Made by a program: the position numbers and the translations under genes. Under the pieces are notes generated by a model, which saw only the letters and a list, made by a program, of their open reading frames with translations, was not told the DNA's origin and searched no databases. This document shows positions 52,751 to 62,083 of a DNA stretch of 64,000 nucleotides, piece after piece. This DNA comes from Gaiellaceae bacterium (GTDB taxonomy: Bacteria; Actinomycetota; Thermoleophilia; Gaiellales; Gaiellaceae), in contig JAWVDC010000071.1 in NCBI GenBank assembly GCA_033857715.1, forward strand, positions 11,932 through 75,931, read 5' to 3'. Positions within the stretch are counted from its first letter, which is position 1; every line of letters begins with the position of its first letter.

Positions 52751-53778
52751 CCGAAGAACGCGCTGGCGACTTCGTACCAGTCGCGCGGCACGAGCTTCAG
52801 TTGGGCGGTCGCCTCCGCCAGCGGGACGGCGACGATCTCGTCGCCGTGGAGCGCCGCCATCTGCCCGAACTCGCCGGCAACGGCAAGATCCGCCGCCTTG
52901 AGCCCGAAGCGCGTCGCGAGCACGCGGTCGCGCGGCGTCGGTGTGCCGCCACGCTGTGTGTGACCGAGCACGGTGACGCGCGTCTCGAAGCCCGTGCGCT
53001 CCTGAATCTCGCGGCCGAGCGTGTCGCCGACGCCGCGATGCGAGAGCGTGACGTGGCCGAACTGGTCGGTCTCGCCGTGATCGGCGAGTCCCGGCAGTTC
53101 CGTGCCCTCGCTCACGACGACGATGGAGAAGTTCTTGCCGTGCGCGTGGCGCTTGCGGATCGTCTCCGCCACGACGTCGTAGTCGACCGGGATCTCGGGG
53201 ATGAGGATCACGTCGGCGCCGCCCGCGATGCCGCTGTGCACCGCGATCCAGCCCGCGTGGCGGCCCATCACCTCGACGACCATGACGCGGTTGTGCGACT
53301 CGGCCGTCGTGTGCAGCCGGTCGATCGCCTCGGTCGCGATCGAGACGGCGGTGTCGAAGCCGAACGTGTAGTCCGTGCCGGAGAGGTCGTTGTCGATCGT
53401 CTTGGGGACGCCGACGACGGGGAAGTCGTGCTCGGCGTGGAGGCGCGCCGCGACGCCGAGCGTGTCCTCGCCGCCGATCGCTACGAGCGCGTCGAGCTCC
53501 CGCTCGCGGAAGTTACGGAGCACGCGCTCGACGCCGTCCTCGAGCGTGAACGGATTCGTGCGACTCGTCCCGATGATCGTCCCGCCGCGCGGCAGGATCC
53601 CGGAAACCTGCGCCGGCCCGAGCTCCTCGAACAGCGGCTCGACGAGGCCGCGCCAGCCCTCGCGCACCGCGACGACCTCCCAGCCCGCCGAGGCGGCACG
53701 CCGCACGACAGCGCGGATGACCGCGTTCAAGCCCGGGCAATCGCCGCCGCCGGTGAGAATTCCGATCGTCTTCGTCAT
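52747..53778 (-). CDS. pfkA: 6-phosphofructokinase
   Basis: Start re-picked at MTKTIGILTGGGDCPGLNAVIR. Also GGEDTLG, PKTIDNDL and MGRHAGW. Confidence 0.9.
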   Translation of the reverse strand: MTKTIGILTGGGDCPGLNAVIRAVVRRAASAGWEVVAVREGWRGLVEPLFEELGPAQVSGILPRGGTIIGTSRTNPFTLEDGVERVLRNFRERELDALVAIGGEDTLGVAARLHAEHDFPVVGVPKTIDNDLSGTDYTFGFDTAVSIATEAIDRLHTTAESHNRVMVVEVMGRHAGWIAVHSGIAGGADVILIPEIPVDYDVVAETIRKRHAHGKNFSIVVVSEGTELPGLADHGETDQFGHVTLSHRGVGDTLGREIQERTGFETRVTVLGHTQRGGTPTPRDRVLATRFGLKAADLAVAGEFGQMAALHGDEIVAVPLAEATAQLKLVPRDWYEVASAFFG

Positions 53779-53823
53779 CGCGTTCGAGCCTAGTTGCCCG
53801 CGGTGTGGACGTAGCATGCTTCC

Positions 53824-55287
53824 GTGACCGTGAAGAGGTCGCTCATCGCCGTCGGGCTCGCGCTCGCGGTGGCTGCGGCCGTCGCGTCCGCCGTGCTGGC
53901 CATGCGCGGCGGGGACGCGTGGGACGGCTCGACGCTGCACGGAAGCTGGGTCGATCCGCACGGGACGGGCGTTCTCGTCCGGGGGCCCGGGGAACCGCTG
54001 GTCGACCGGACCGATCTCGCGCCGCAGTCGCTGCCGACACGGACTTTGGCGACCTTCGTCGCGATCGGCGACCCGGAGATCACCGACGCGCAGTCGCCCG
54101 CGCGGGTGGAGATGCTCGACCGGTACGGACCGCCGTTCACTGCCGCCTTCCGGCCGCAGGAGACATTGACAGCACAGGTCTTCGCGGCGTCGCTCGCAAC
54201 GGTCAACGCCCTGAAACCGGACGCGGTCGTGTTCACCGGCGACTTGATCAACAACAACCAGGAGAACGAGCTCGACGAGTTCCTCGCGATCATGCGCGGT
54301 GGCCGGGTCCGTCCCGACAGCGGAGGACCGGGCTATCAAGGCGTCCAGTCCGCGAGCGATCCGGATCCGTACTACTACCGCCCGTCGGTCGATCCGCCGC
54401 AGCACGCTGATCTGCTCAGTGCGGCGGTGCGGCCGTTCGACTCGCCCGGCCTGGACGCGCCGTGGTACCCGGTCGTCGGTGACCACGATCTGCTCGTCCA
54501 GGGCAATCTGCGCGCGACTCCGGCGACGAACGCGATTGCAACCGGCAGCCGGAAGATCGTCTCGCTCTATCTGGCTGCACTCCGGATCGCCGAGCTGAGA
54601 CGACTTCGGCCGCAGCTCGTATCCGCCCTGCTCGCGCGCGGGCTTCCCGGGAAGTCGATCCCCGTGACCCCCGACCGGCGCCGGCGCGAGATGACGCCGG
54701 AGGAGGTGCTGGCGCGTCTCCGCAAGGAGAGCGGCATCGGCGGGCATGGGCCGCTCCTCGACTACACGTTCCCGCTCAGCCGGCATCTCATGGGCATCGC
54801 GCTCGACACGATCAGCCGCACCGGCACCGCGGACGGCGTCTTGCGGCCCTCGCAGGTGCGCTGGCTTCGCGATCAGTTGCAGGCGGCCGGCGGGCGGAGG
54901 GTGATGCTCTTCTCGCACAGCGCACTCACGAGTTGCATCGGCGGCGAGGCCGCAATGGATTTGCTCGATCACGACCCCCACGTGCTCGCCCTCGTGAGCG
55001 GCGGCTCGCACCGCAGCAAGATCACGCCGAGGCACACGTACGCCGGCGGCTACTGGATGATCTCGACCTCGTCCCTCGTCGACTATCCGGAGCAGGTGCG
55101 GGCGTTCCGGCTGCAACGGACGGCCAGCGGCGACCTCGTCCTGCAGACGTGGATGCTCGATCCCGACCCGACCAATCGGCTCGCCGCGTTGTCGATGCAG
55201 CTCGCGTACCTCGACTTCCAGGCAGGGCGGCCTCAGGACTTCGCCGGGGAACCGGCCGACCGCAACGCGAACCTGTACGTCCGCTAG
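53824..55287 (+). CDS. secreted/anchored calcineurin-like metallophosphoesterase
   Basis: Track ORF of 487 aa with a GTG start and an N-terminal anchor. Metallophosphoesterase-like blocks are IGDPEITD, FTGDLINNN and VVGDHD. Confidence 0.65.
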   Translation: MTVKRSLIAVGLALAVAAAVASAVLAMRGGDAWDGSTLHGSWVDPHGTGVLVRGPGEPLVDRTDLAPQSLPTRTLATFVAIGDPEITDAQSPARVEMLDRYGPPFTAAFRPQETLTAQVFAASLATVNALKPDAVVFTGDLINNNQENELDEFLAIMRGGRVRPDSGGPGYQGVQSASDPDPYYYRPSVDPPQHADLLSAAVRPFDSPGLDAPWYPVVGDHDLLVQGNLRATPATNAIATGSRKIVSLYLAALRIAELRRLRPQLVSALLARGLPGKSIPVTPDRRRREMTPEEVLARLRKESGIGGHGPLLDYTFPLSRHLMGIALDTISRTGTADGVLRPSQVRWLRDQLQAAGGRRVMLFSHSALTSCIGGEAAMDLLDHDPHVLALVSGGSHRSKITPRHTYAGGYWMISTSSLVDYPEQVRAFRLQRTASGDLVLQTWMLDPDPTNRLAALSMQLAYLDFQAGRPQDFAGEPADRNANLYVR

Positions 55288-57601
55288 TCCGTGCGCAGGC
55301 CGGTCACGACCGGCTGCCGCACGATCGCCCGCACGAGGAGCGCCGACACGACGGTCGCCCCGAGCAGGAGGCCGCCGAGAGTCACGGCGAGCAGCTGGCC
55401 TCCCGCCGAGAGGCTGAGCACGACGTAGGAGGCGGCGAGGTGCGCCACGCCGGGTGCGACCGCCCAGCGTTCGAGCGCTGCGGCCAAGATCCAGGCGAGG
55501 AGGACGAGGAACCCGGCAACGACTCCGAAGACCGCGAACAGATGAAGCCGGCCGGCGCCCTGGGCGCGAATGACGGCGAGCGCGCGCCGTCGCTCCTGGC
55601 TCGTCAACGCGAGCGCCTGGCCGACTGCGTAGAGGCACACGCAGATGTCGAGAACGGCCACGGTGCGGAGGAGAGCGACGAGGATCCCGATGAAGCCGCT
55701 GCTGCGCGAGGCCCATCCCTGGACACTCTGGCCCGCGATGCCACCCGAGCTCGTGCTCGGCTTCCCGGTGCGTGCGAGCGCTGCGGTGACCGCGGCCGAG
55801 GACGCTCCCGGCTTGAGCTTCACCGCGATCTGCCCGGGGAGGCCGCCGAAGGTCGGAACCCGCACGCCGGTCGGGTTCCAGGCAGCGAGGAGGCGCGGGC
55901 TCTCGACGTACGCGACCCGCCCCTGATCCTCGAGCGACTGCACGATCCCGGCGACGCGGAACCGCACCTCACGTCCGTTCGGAAGCTGGGCAGCGAGCAC
56001 GCCGCCCGGGTGCAGGCCGAGCGCCTCCGCGAGTCCCAAGCCGACTTCCGCCTCGTCTGGCTTGTATGCGAGGTGGCCGGCCACGAGCGGCGGTGCCTCG
56101 TAGGCAGGAGGAGGGGCGCCGAACGCCTGGAGCGTGAACGGCTCGTCGAGGGCGAACGAGTCCACGACTTCGAGGCTGTAGAACGGGGTCGCCGCGGCCA
56201 CGCCCGGCAGCCGCCGGATCTCCTCCAACTGCGAGGACGGGGCGTAGACGAGGAGTTGGTAGCGCTTGCCGACGCTCAGCGGTTGCTCGTTGAGGTTCTG
56301 CAGCACCGTCGCGATGGAGAGGATCGCGAGCACGACTGAGACTGCGAAGCCGACAACCGCGACAGTCGCGGCGGCTCGCACCGGCCGCGCGAGCACGAGG
56401 CGAACACCGAGCAGCGGCAAGAAGGGAGGCAAGCGCAGGTGACGCGCGCCGTGCCCGACGTCGCCCCCGCGGAGCACCTCGACCGGCGATCGTTGCGTCG
56501 CCCGCCACGCGGGCCAGCACGTCGCGGCCACCACGAGCAGCGTCAGCCCGACGACGCTCCCGATGAGCAGCAGAGTGAGAGACGTTCCGGGCGGGAGCTC
56601 GTTGAGGGACGCGAGCAGCCGGCCGGCGGAGCCGTTCACAGCCAGCCATCCCCCGAGGACGCCGAGCGTCGCGGCGGGGAGGGTGAACAGCGTCGCCTCG
56701 ACCGCCGCCGCCGCGACGAGCGTGCGCGCGGAGATTCCGACCGCGCGCAGCAACCCGACCGCGGTGAGACGCCGCTGCACCTCGGCGGCCGCCGACGCGC
56801 TCAGCATCACGCAGGCGACGAGGAGGGCGATCAGGGAGAAGGCGACCACGACGGCGATGACGATCCCCGCGGCCTGACCGATCAAGAGCTTCAACCCGGA
56901 ACGCGTCACGAGTTGCAGCCCGGCAACGCCGAACGATGCCGAGCGCGCCTGCGCGAGCGTCACGTCGACGAGCCGCGGATCGGCCAGCCACAGGTCGACT
57001 CCGCTCACGTAACCGGGCGGCACGCCCTCGATCCGCCGGACGTCCTCGTAGTCCGCGTACACGCGCGGGCCTTTCGTCAGCGGGAATGCGACCGTGTCGG
57101 GTGGCACGACCATCCCGACGATCCGCAACGGCAGGCCGCCGTTGTACCGGACGTTGATGTACTGACCGAGCTGCAGCTTCCAGTCGCGGGCGAGGCCGAT
57201 CTCGATGACGGCCTCGCCGGGGCCGTCGATATCGTGGCCGGCGACGATGACGTAGCCGTGCCGCCCAGGGCTGATGCCGTACAGCTTCCCGTGGTCGGTG
57301 TAGTTGCCGACGGCGGAGATCTGCGCGCCGGCGTGCTGCAGCACGTACGAGGCGTCGCGAATGTTCGCGAGGCGCGAGACGACGCGAGCGACCTGCGCGC
57401 GCGGAAGCGGGGAGAAGGTCGCGAGGACGTCGGGCAGTCCTGCACGCTGCGCCGTCCGGTCGAAGCCTCCGTTCAGCGTCCCCGCGATCGTGATCGACGC
57501 GCCGACCATGGTGGCGGCCGCCACGACCCCGAGGAGCGCGAGTACCTGCCGTCCCCGGTGCGCGCGGGCCCGCGCCCACGCATACGCGAGCACGGCCCCC
57601 A

Positions 57602-57602
<1 letters not shown>
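55284..57602 (-). CDS. ABC transporter permease with two FtsX-like domains (MacB-type)
   Basis: Track ORF of 772 aa. It has two four-helix FtsX-type modules separated by large extracytoplasmic regions. Confidence 0.8.
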
Positions 57603-58264
<662 letters not shown>

Positions 58265-58422
58265 GAGGGAAGAGAATGCCTACCCGCGGGAACCGCCGCA
58301 CGAGAGGCGCTTCCGTCTACCTCCCTGTCGCTTGAGCGCTGGTCTTCGGGAGCGCCTCGCGGCGCGCCCGACATGCGCGGGCGCGCCGTCGCTATGCCGG
58401 GCGCTCCAGCGCGGAGGGTGCC

Positions 58423-58449
58423 CACGGGAGAAACCCGGTTTCCCCCGTG
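58423..58449 (-). terminator. 12-bp hairpin immediately downstream of tRNA-Leu
   Basis: On the minus strand: CACGGGGGAAAC-CGG-GTTTCTCCCGTG, with one G-U pair. There is no U-run. Confidence 0.45.
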
Positions 58450-58471
58450 AAGCGAGCGCAGCGATGCGTCA

Positions 58472-58555
58472 TGCCGAAGGTGGGAATCGAACCCACACTC
58501 CCCGGAGGGAACCGGATTTTGAGTCCGGCGCGTCTGCCAGTTCCGCCACTTCGGC
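58472..58555 (-). tRNA. tRNA-Leu (anticodon CAA), long variable arm, no encoded CCA
   Basis: The reverse complement is GCCGAAGTGGCGGAACTGGCAGACGCGCCGGACTCAAAATCCGGTTCCCTCCGGGGAGTGTGGGTTCGATTCCCACCTTCGGCA. The acceptor stem is GCCGAAG/CTTCGGC. The anticodon stem is CCGGA/TCCGG with loop CTCAAAA. The T-arm is GTGGGTTCGATTCCCAC. Confidence 0.85.
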
Positions 58556-58563
58556 TCGGGCGG

Positions 58564-60051
58564 TCATGGTACGTCCACCTTCAGCGGGAAGTACGGCGGG
58601 GCGAGGAGGAAGCCGATCCGCGCGTCGGGGCCGCGCTGGCCGAGCGCCATCTGCCGTGCCGCACCGATGCTCCCGATCGGGATGAAGCCGAGGTGGCGCG
58701 CTGCGGTGCCGTCGCGCGCGCCGGCGACGTAAACGTCCCCGATCCGCTCGAGCGCGGGCTGGCACGACTCCCAGTCGCGGAACGGGAGCAGTGGGTGGAC
58801 GGTGCGGCCCGCGCGGTAGTCGGCGATCGCCTTCTCGTCCGTGGTCACGCCGTGCTCGGCCTCGGCGAGCAGCTCGGGGCTGCGGGCGATCGGCGTCTGG
58901 TGGAAGAAGCAGCGGTAGGGCTCTTGCGTCGGGCGGGCGAACGAGCGGGTGAACCGGTCGACGAGGATCACGATGCCGCCGTCGACGACGGGAAAACCGT
59001 CGCGCCAGAGCGCGAGCGCATGCCCAAGCGCGACCTGCGCAGCCGCGAGCGGGTTCGGCGACTCCCCGTTGAGCGACGGGGTCGTGCTGGGCACGCCGAG
59101 CACAAGCGCGTCGAGCGGCGCGTCGAGCGTCGCGCCTCGTAGCTCGATTCCCCGGAGCAGCGCCTCCGCATGGGCGACCGCGGGCGGCCCGGCGAGGACG
59201 GCGGCCGCCGTCCGGACGATGCGGAGGGAGCGGAGAAACCGGCGCCGTAGAGGCTCGGGGGCCGCCGCGTAGGCGAGTCGCAGAGGGGAGTTGGCGATCC
59301 GCTCGACCCTGCCGGGGTGGTACGGGTAGCCGTGCAGCAGCCCGCCCGTGCGCGGGTGGTTGAGCACGAGCGAGACGCCGAAGAGCGGCACGCGCGCGGC
59401 GAGTGCCCGCTCGAGGCGCGTCGCGAGTTGCCATCCCTCCGCGCCGCTCGTCTCGAGCAGTGAGTCCGCGGTCGCGCGCCGCTGCGCCGCCGCGTCCGCC
59501 GCCGCGAGGAGGGTCGCCGGGCCGCCGTGGAGCACGGTCTCTGCTGCGCTCACGACCACGACGAGATCCGTCTCGACGAGCTCCCGCGCGACGCGGAACT
59601 CGCCGACCTGGACGAGCTCCGGAGCCTCGGCGTCGTGGATCGCCACGTGGCCGTGGAAGCGGCGCGCGAGCCCGGGCGTGACGAGCGCGGCAGCGGCTGC
59701 TCGCCCGGTCGGGCGCCGGGTGAGCCCGCACGCTACGAGGAGTGTCTGCTGCGCGGTCGGGATCCCTAGCTCTTCGAGCGCGGCCGACACCGCGGCGACC
59801 GTGCTCGGCCGCGGATCGCCGAACGCCCCGGGCAGCGGCAGGAGCGGTGCCTGGACGACGATCGTCGCGCGGCCGGCACCGCGCGCGAGATCCTCGAGCG
59901 ACGGGCCGTCGAGCGGGAAGCGGAGGGCTTCGCGCGTGGCGGCCTCTGCGTCGGTCGCCCGTCCCGGCGCCGGCGGCCGCAGAACGAGCGCGTCGTCGGG
60001 CGCGGACGCGACGACGAGCCGCGTGCCGGAGAGGAGTGGGACGCGGCGCAC
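58564..60051 (-). CDS. LarA-like / DUF2088 (lactate racemase N-terminal domain) family protein
   Basis: Track ORF of 495 aa. The overall layout and blocks such as LVVVVSAAETVLHGG resemble the family. The call is from memory only. Confidence 0.45.
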   Translation of the reverse strand: MRRVPLLSGTRLVVASAPDDALVLRPPAPGRATDAEAATREALRFPLDGPSLEDLARGAGRATIVVQAPLLPLPGAFGDPRPSTVAAVSAALEELGIPTAQQTLLVACGLTRRPTGRAAAAALVTPGLARRFHGHVAIHDAEAPELVQVGEFRVARELVETDLVVVVSAAETVLHGGPATLLAAADAAAQRRATADSLLETSGAEGWQLATRLERALAARVPLFGVSLVLNHPRTGGLLHGYPYHPGRVERIANSPLRLAYAAAPEPLRRRFLRSLRIVRTAAAVLAGPPAVAHAEALLRGIELRGATLDAPLDALVLGVPSTTPSLNGESPNPLAAAQVALGHALALWRDGFPVVDGGIVILVDRFTRSFARPTQEPYRCFFHQTPIARSPELLAEAEHGVTTDEKAIADYRAGRTVHPLLPFRDWESCQPALERIGDVYVAGARDGTAARHLGFIPIGSIGAARQMALGQRGPDARIGFLLAPPYFPLKVDVP

Positions 60052-60067
60052 GCCGTGATTCTGCGCG

Positions 60068-60775
60068 CTAGAGGTCGGGGAGGCGGCGGAACAGCCGGAT
60101 GTGCGTGATCTCGAAGCCGCGCTTCGGCCAGAACCGCGACGCCTCGAGGTTCGTCACGCGCCAGTTCGTGCGCATCCGTTCGTAGCCGCGCTCCGCTGCG
60201 TACGCGAGGGCGTGCTCCGTAAGCGCCCGACCGACCCCGGTGCCGCGTTCGGCGGGCACGACCGCGGTCGATGCGAGGTGCAGAGCGCCGGGATCGTGAG
60301 GGTCGGGATAGAGCGTCGCGTGCCCGACCGCGACGCCCGCACGCTCGGCGACCACGTACGTGACCTCGTCGTCTTCCAGCGTCTCGAGCCATGACGCGCG
60401 GTGGCTATCCGGGGCCTCGGTGAAGGAGGAGTAGGACGGCGGCGCCGCCTGCGCCTCCGCGATCAGCCCGTCGATCTCGAGCGCCGTCTCCAGGTCGTCG
60501 GGCCCCCCGGCGCGAAGGGCGACGCCCGGCACGTCGAAGGCCTCGCCGCCGCTCGGGCGGCAGCCGTACGCGTGCATCTGCGCAAAGCCGAGCCGGTACC
60601 AGGGGTCGAGAGCGTCCGGCTTGGCGATCGCGAAGTGGAGGGGAGGCCACTGCGGTGACAGCTCCGCGTACGCGCCGCGAACCTCTTCCGCGTCGTCACT
60701 CAGGGCCTCGACGAAGACGCAATCGCCCCAAATCGAGTGCTCGCGGAACCGCTCGACTTTCAGGACGTCCGCCAT
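60068..60775 (-). CDS. GNAT-family N-acetyltransferase
   Basis: Track ORF of 235 aa. The acetyl-CoA binding block is VVPAERGTGVGRALTEHALAYAAERGY, followed by the C-terminal RFWPKRGF. Confidence 0.75.
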   Translation of the reverse strand: MADVLKVERFREHSIWGDCVFVEALSDDAEEVRGAYAELSPQWPPLHFAIAKPDALDPWYRLGFAQMHAYGCRPSGGEAFDVPGVALRAGGPDDLETALEIDGLIAEAQAAPPSYSSFTEAPDSHRASWLETLEDDEVTYVVAERAGVAVGHATLYPDPHDPGALHLASTAVVPAERGTGVGRALTEHALAYAAERGYERMRTNWRVTNLEASRFWPKRGFEITHIRLFRRLPDL

Positions 60776-60796
60776 CCGCGGCGGACGATATCGCGC

Positions 60797-61408
60797 CTAG
60801 CGAGCCGGGCGAATCGAGCGGAGCGCACTCAGGAGTGCGGCGCGATCGCTCGGCTGCGCGTCACCCCCGATCCAGTACACGACGGAATACAACTGGCCGT
60901 GGAAGCGGAAGTAGCCATGACGGAAGCTCGGGTCACCGTTCGCGACCTGCTCCTGGACCCACGGCTGACTCGGGTCGAGGGGCAGGTGCAGCCGTACGGA
61001 CGGAGGAGGACATGGACCGATACATCCCGGCCCGTCGGGCGAGTCGAGACTGAGCTCGAGGGCGACGACGAACGAGGGCGCGCCGTGGTTGTAGTTCTTC
61101 ACGTAGACGTACTTCATGTCGGCCGCGGCCCAATGCGAAAGCACCCGGTCGATCGTCGTGTCTGCGGGGACGGGGTAGTTCGTGATCACGCGACTCGCTA
61201 ACGGCGAGCCCGGTCCACGGTTGACGGGCCTCGGGTAGCTGTTGAAGCCGCGCGGGATCGGGAGGATGAGCCGCCCGACGGTTGCTGACGGCAGGTCAGG
61301 CGACGAATGCAGAGCAAACGCAAGACCGACGGCAAAACCGGCCGTCGTGACGAGAGCGGCTGCGATCCCTCGGCGACGATTCATCGGCAGAGAATACGGC
61401 GGCGGCAC
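60797..61408 (-). CDS. hypothetical membrane-anchored protein (paralog of 61445-62071)
   Basis: Track ORF of 203 aa; the likely start is Met 61384 (MNRRRGIAAALVTTAGFAVGLAF). The C-terminal blocks LHLPL...FRFHGQLYSVVYWIGGDAQPSDRAALLSALRSIRPAR are shared with the divergent neighbour. Confidence 0.5.
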   Translation of the reverse strand: MPPPYSLPMNRRRGIAAALVTTAGFAVGLAFALHSSPDLPSATVGRLILPIPRGFNSYPRPVNRGPGSPLASRVITNYPVPADTTIDRVLSHWAAADMKYVYVKNYNHGAPSFVVALELSLDSPDGPGCIGPCPPPSVRLHLPLDPSQPWVQEQVANGDPSFRHGYFRFHGQLYSVVYWIGGDAQPSDRAALLSALRSIRPAR

Positions 61409-61444
61409 TTGACAGCATCAACTGGTACTAGCGATACTGGTTTT

Positions 61445-62071
61445 ATGACTGTGCACGCTTCGCGGCTCCCGAACGGGTTCGCTGCCCTCATTGCGGAGGC
61501 AAAGCGCCGCATGCGTCAGCGGCGCTCGCTCGCCCTTCTCCTGATCGTCCTCGTCGGCCTGGGAGTCGGTCTGACGTTTGGGTTGCGCTCTCCTTCCGGG
61601 GGACCGGGCGTACCGCGTCCGCTCACCTCCTCGGTACGCGCTGGAGACCTCAGAGTCTCGGTGCCTGAGGGCTTCTACCGCTACGCGATTTACGGTGGCC
61701 ATATGGTCGGAACGCCCGCGCCGGTGGTCGGCTACGTCCTCACGGACTTCGCGCTTCCGGCGAAGGTGAAAGCCGACCGTCTGTTGGCGCGGTGGTCTGT
61801 GCCCGGCGACTCGGGCCCGCCTGCCACGCGGGTCGCGCTCATGCTCGCGCCCGGCCGGACGATCGGGCCGGAACGGCTCCATTTGCCGCTTACCGTCAAC
61901 CAGGATTGGGACCACCAGAGGTTCAACAGCGGTGCAATCGGCTCTCGGTTTGGCTTCCTCCGATTCCACAACGCGGACTACCAGGTCATGTATTGGAGCG
62001 GGCCAGCCGCCCCGGCAAACGACCGAGCAGCGATCCTGCGCGCGCTCGAGTCGATCCGTCCTGCGCGCTAG
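61445..62071 (+). CDS. hypothetical membrane-anchored protein (paralog of 60797-61408)
   Basis: Start re-picked at MTVHASRLPNGFAALIAEAKRRMRQRRSLALLLIVLVGLGVGL. The C-terminus is LHLPL...LRFHNADYQVMYWSGPAAPANDRAAILRALESIRPAR. Confidence 0.5.
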   Translation: MTVHASRLPNGFAALIAEAKRRMRQRRSLALLLIVLVGLGVGLTFGLRSPSGGPGVPRPLTSSVRAGDLRVSVPEGFYRYAIYGGHMVGTPAPVVGYVLTDFALPAKVKADRLLARWSVPGDSGPPATRVALMLAPGRTIGPERLHLPLTVNQDWDHQRFNSGAIGSRFGFLRFHNADYQVMYWSGPAAPANDRAAILRALESIRPAR

Positions 62072-62083
62072 TAGTCTCGGAGC

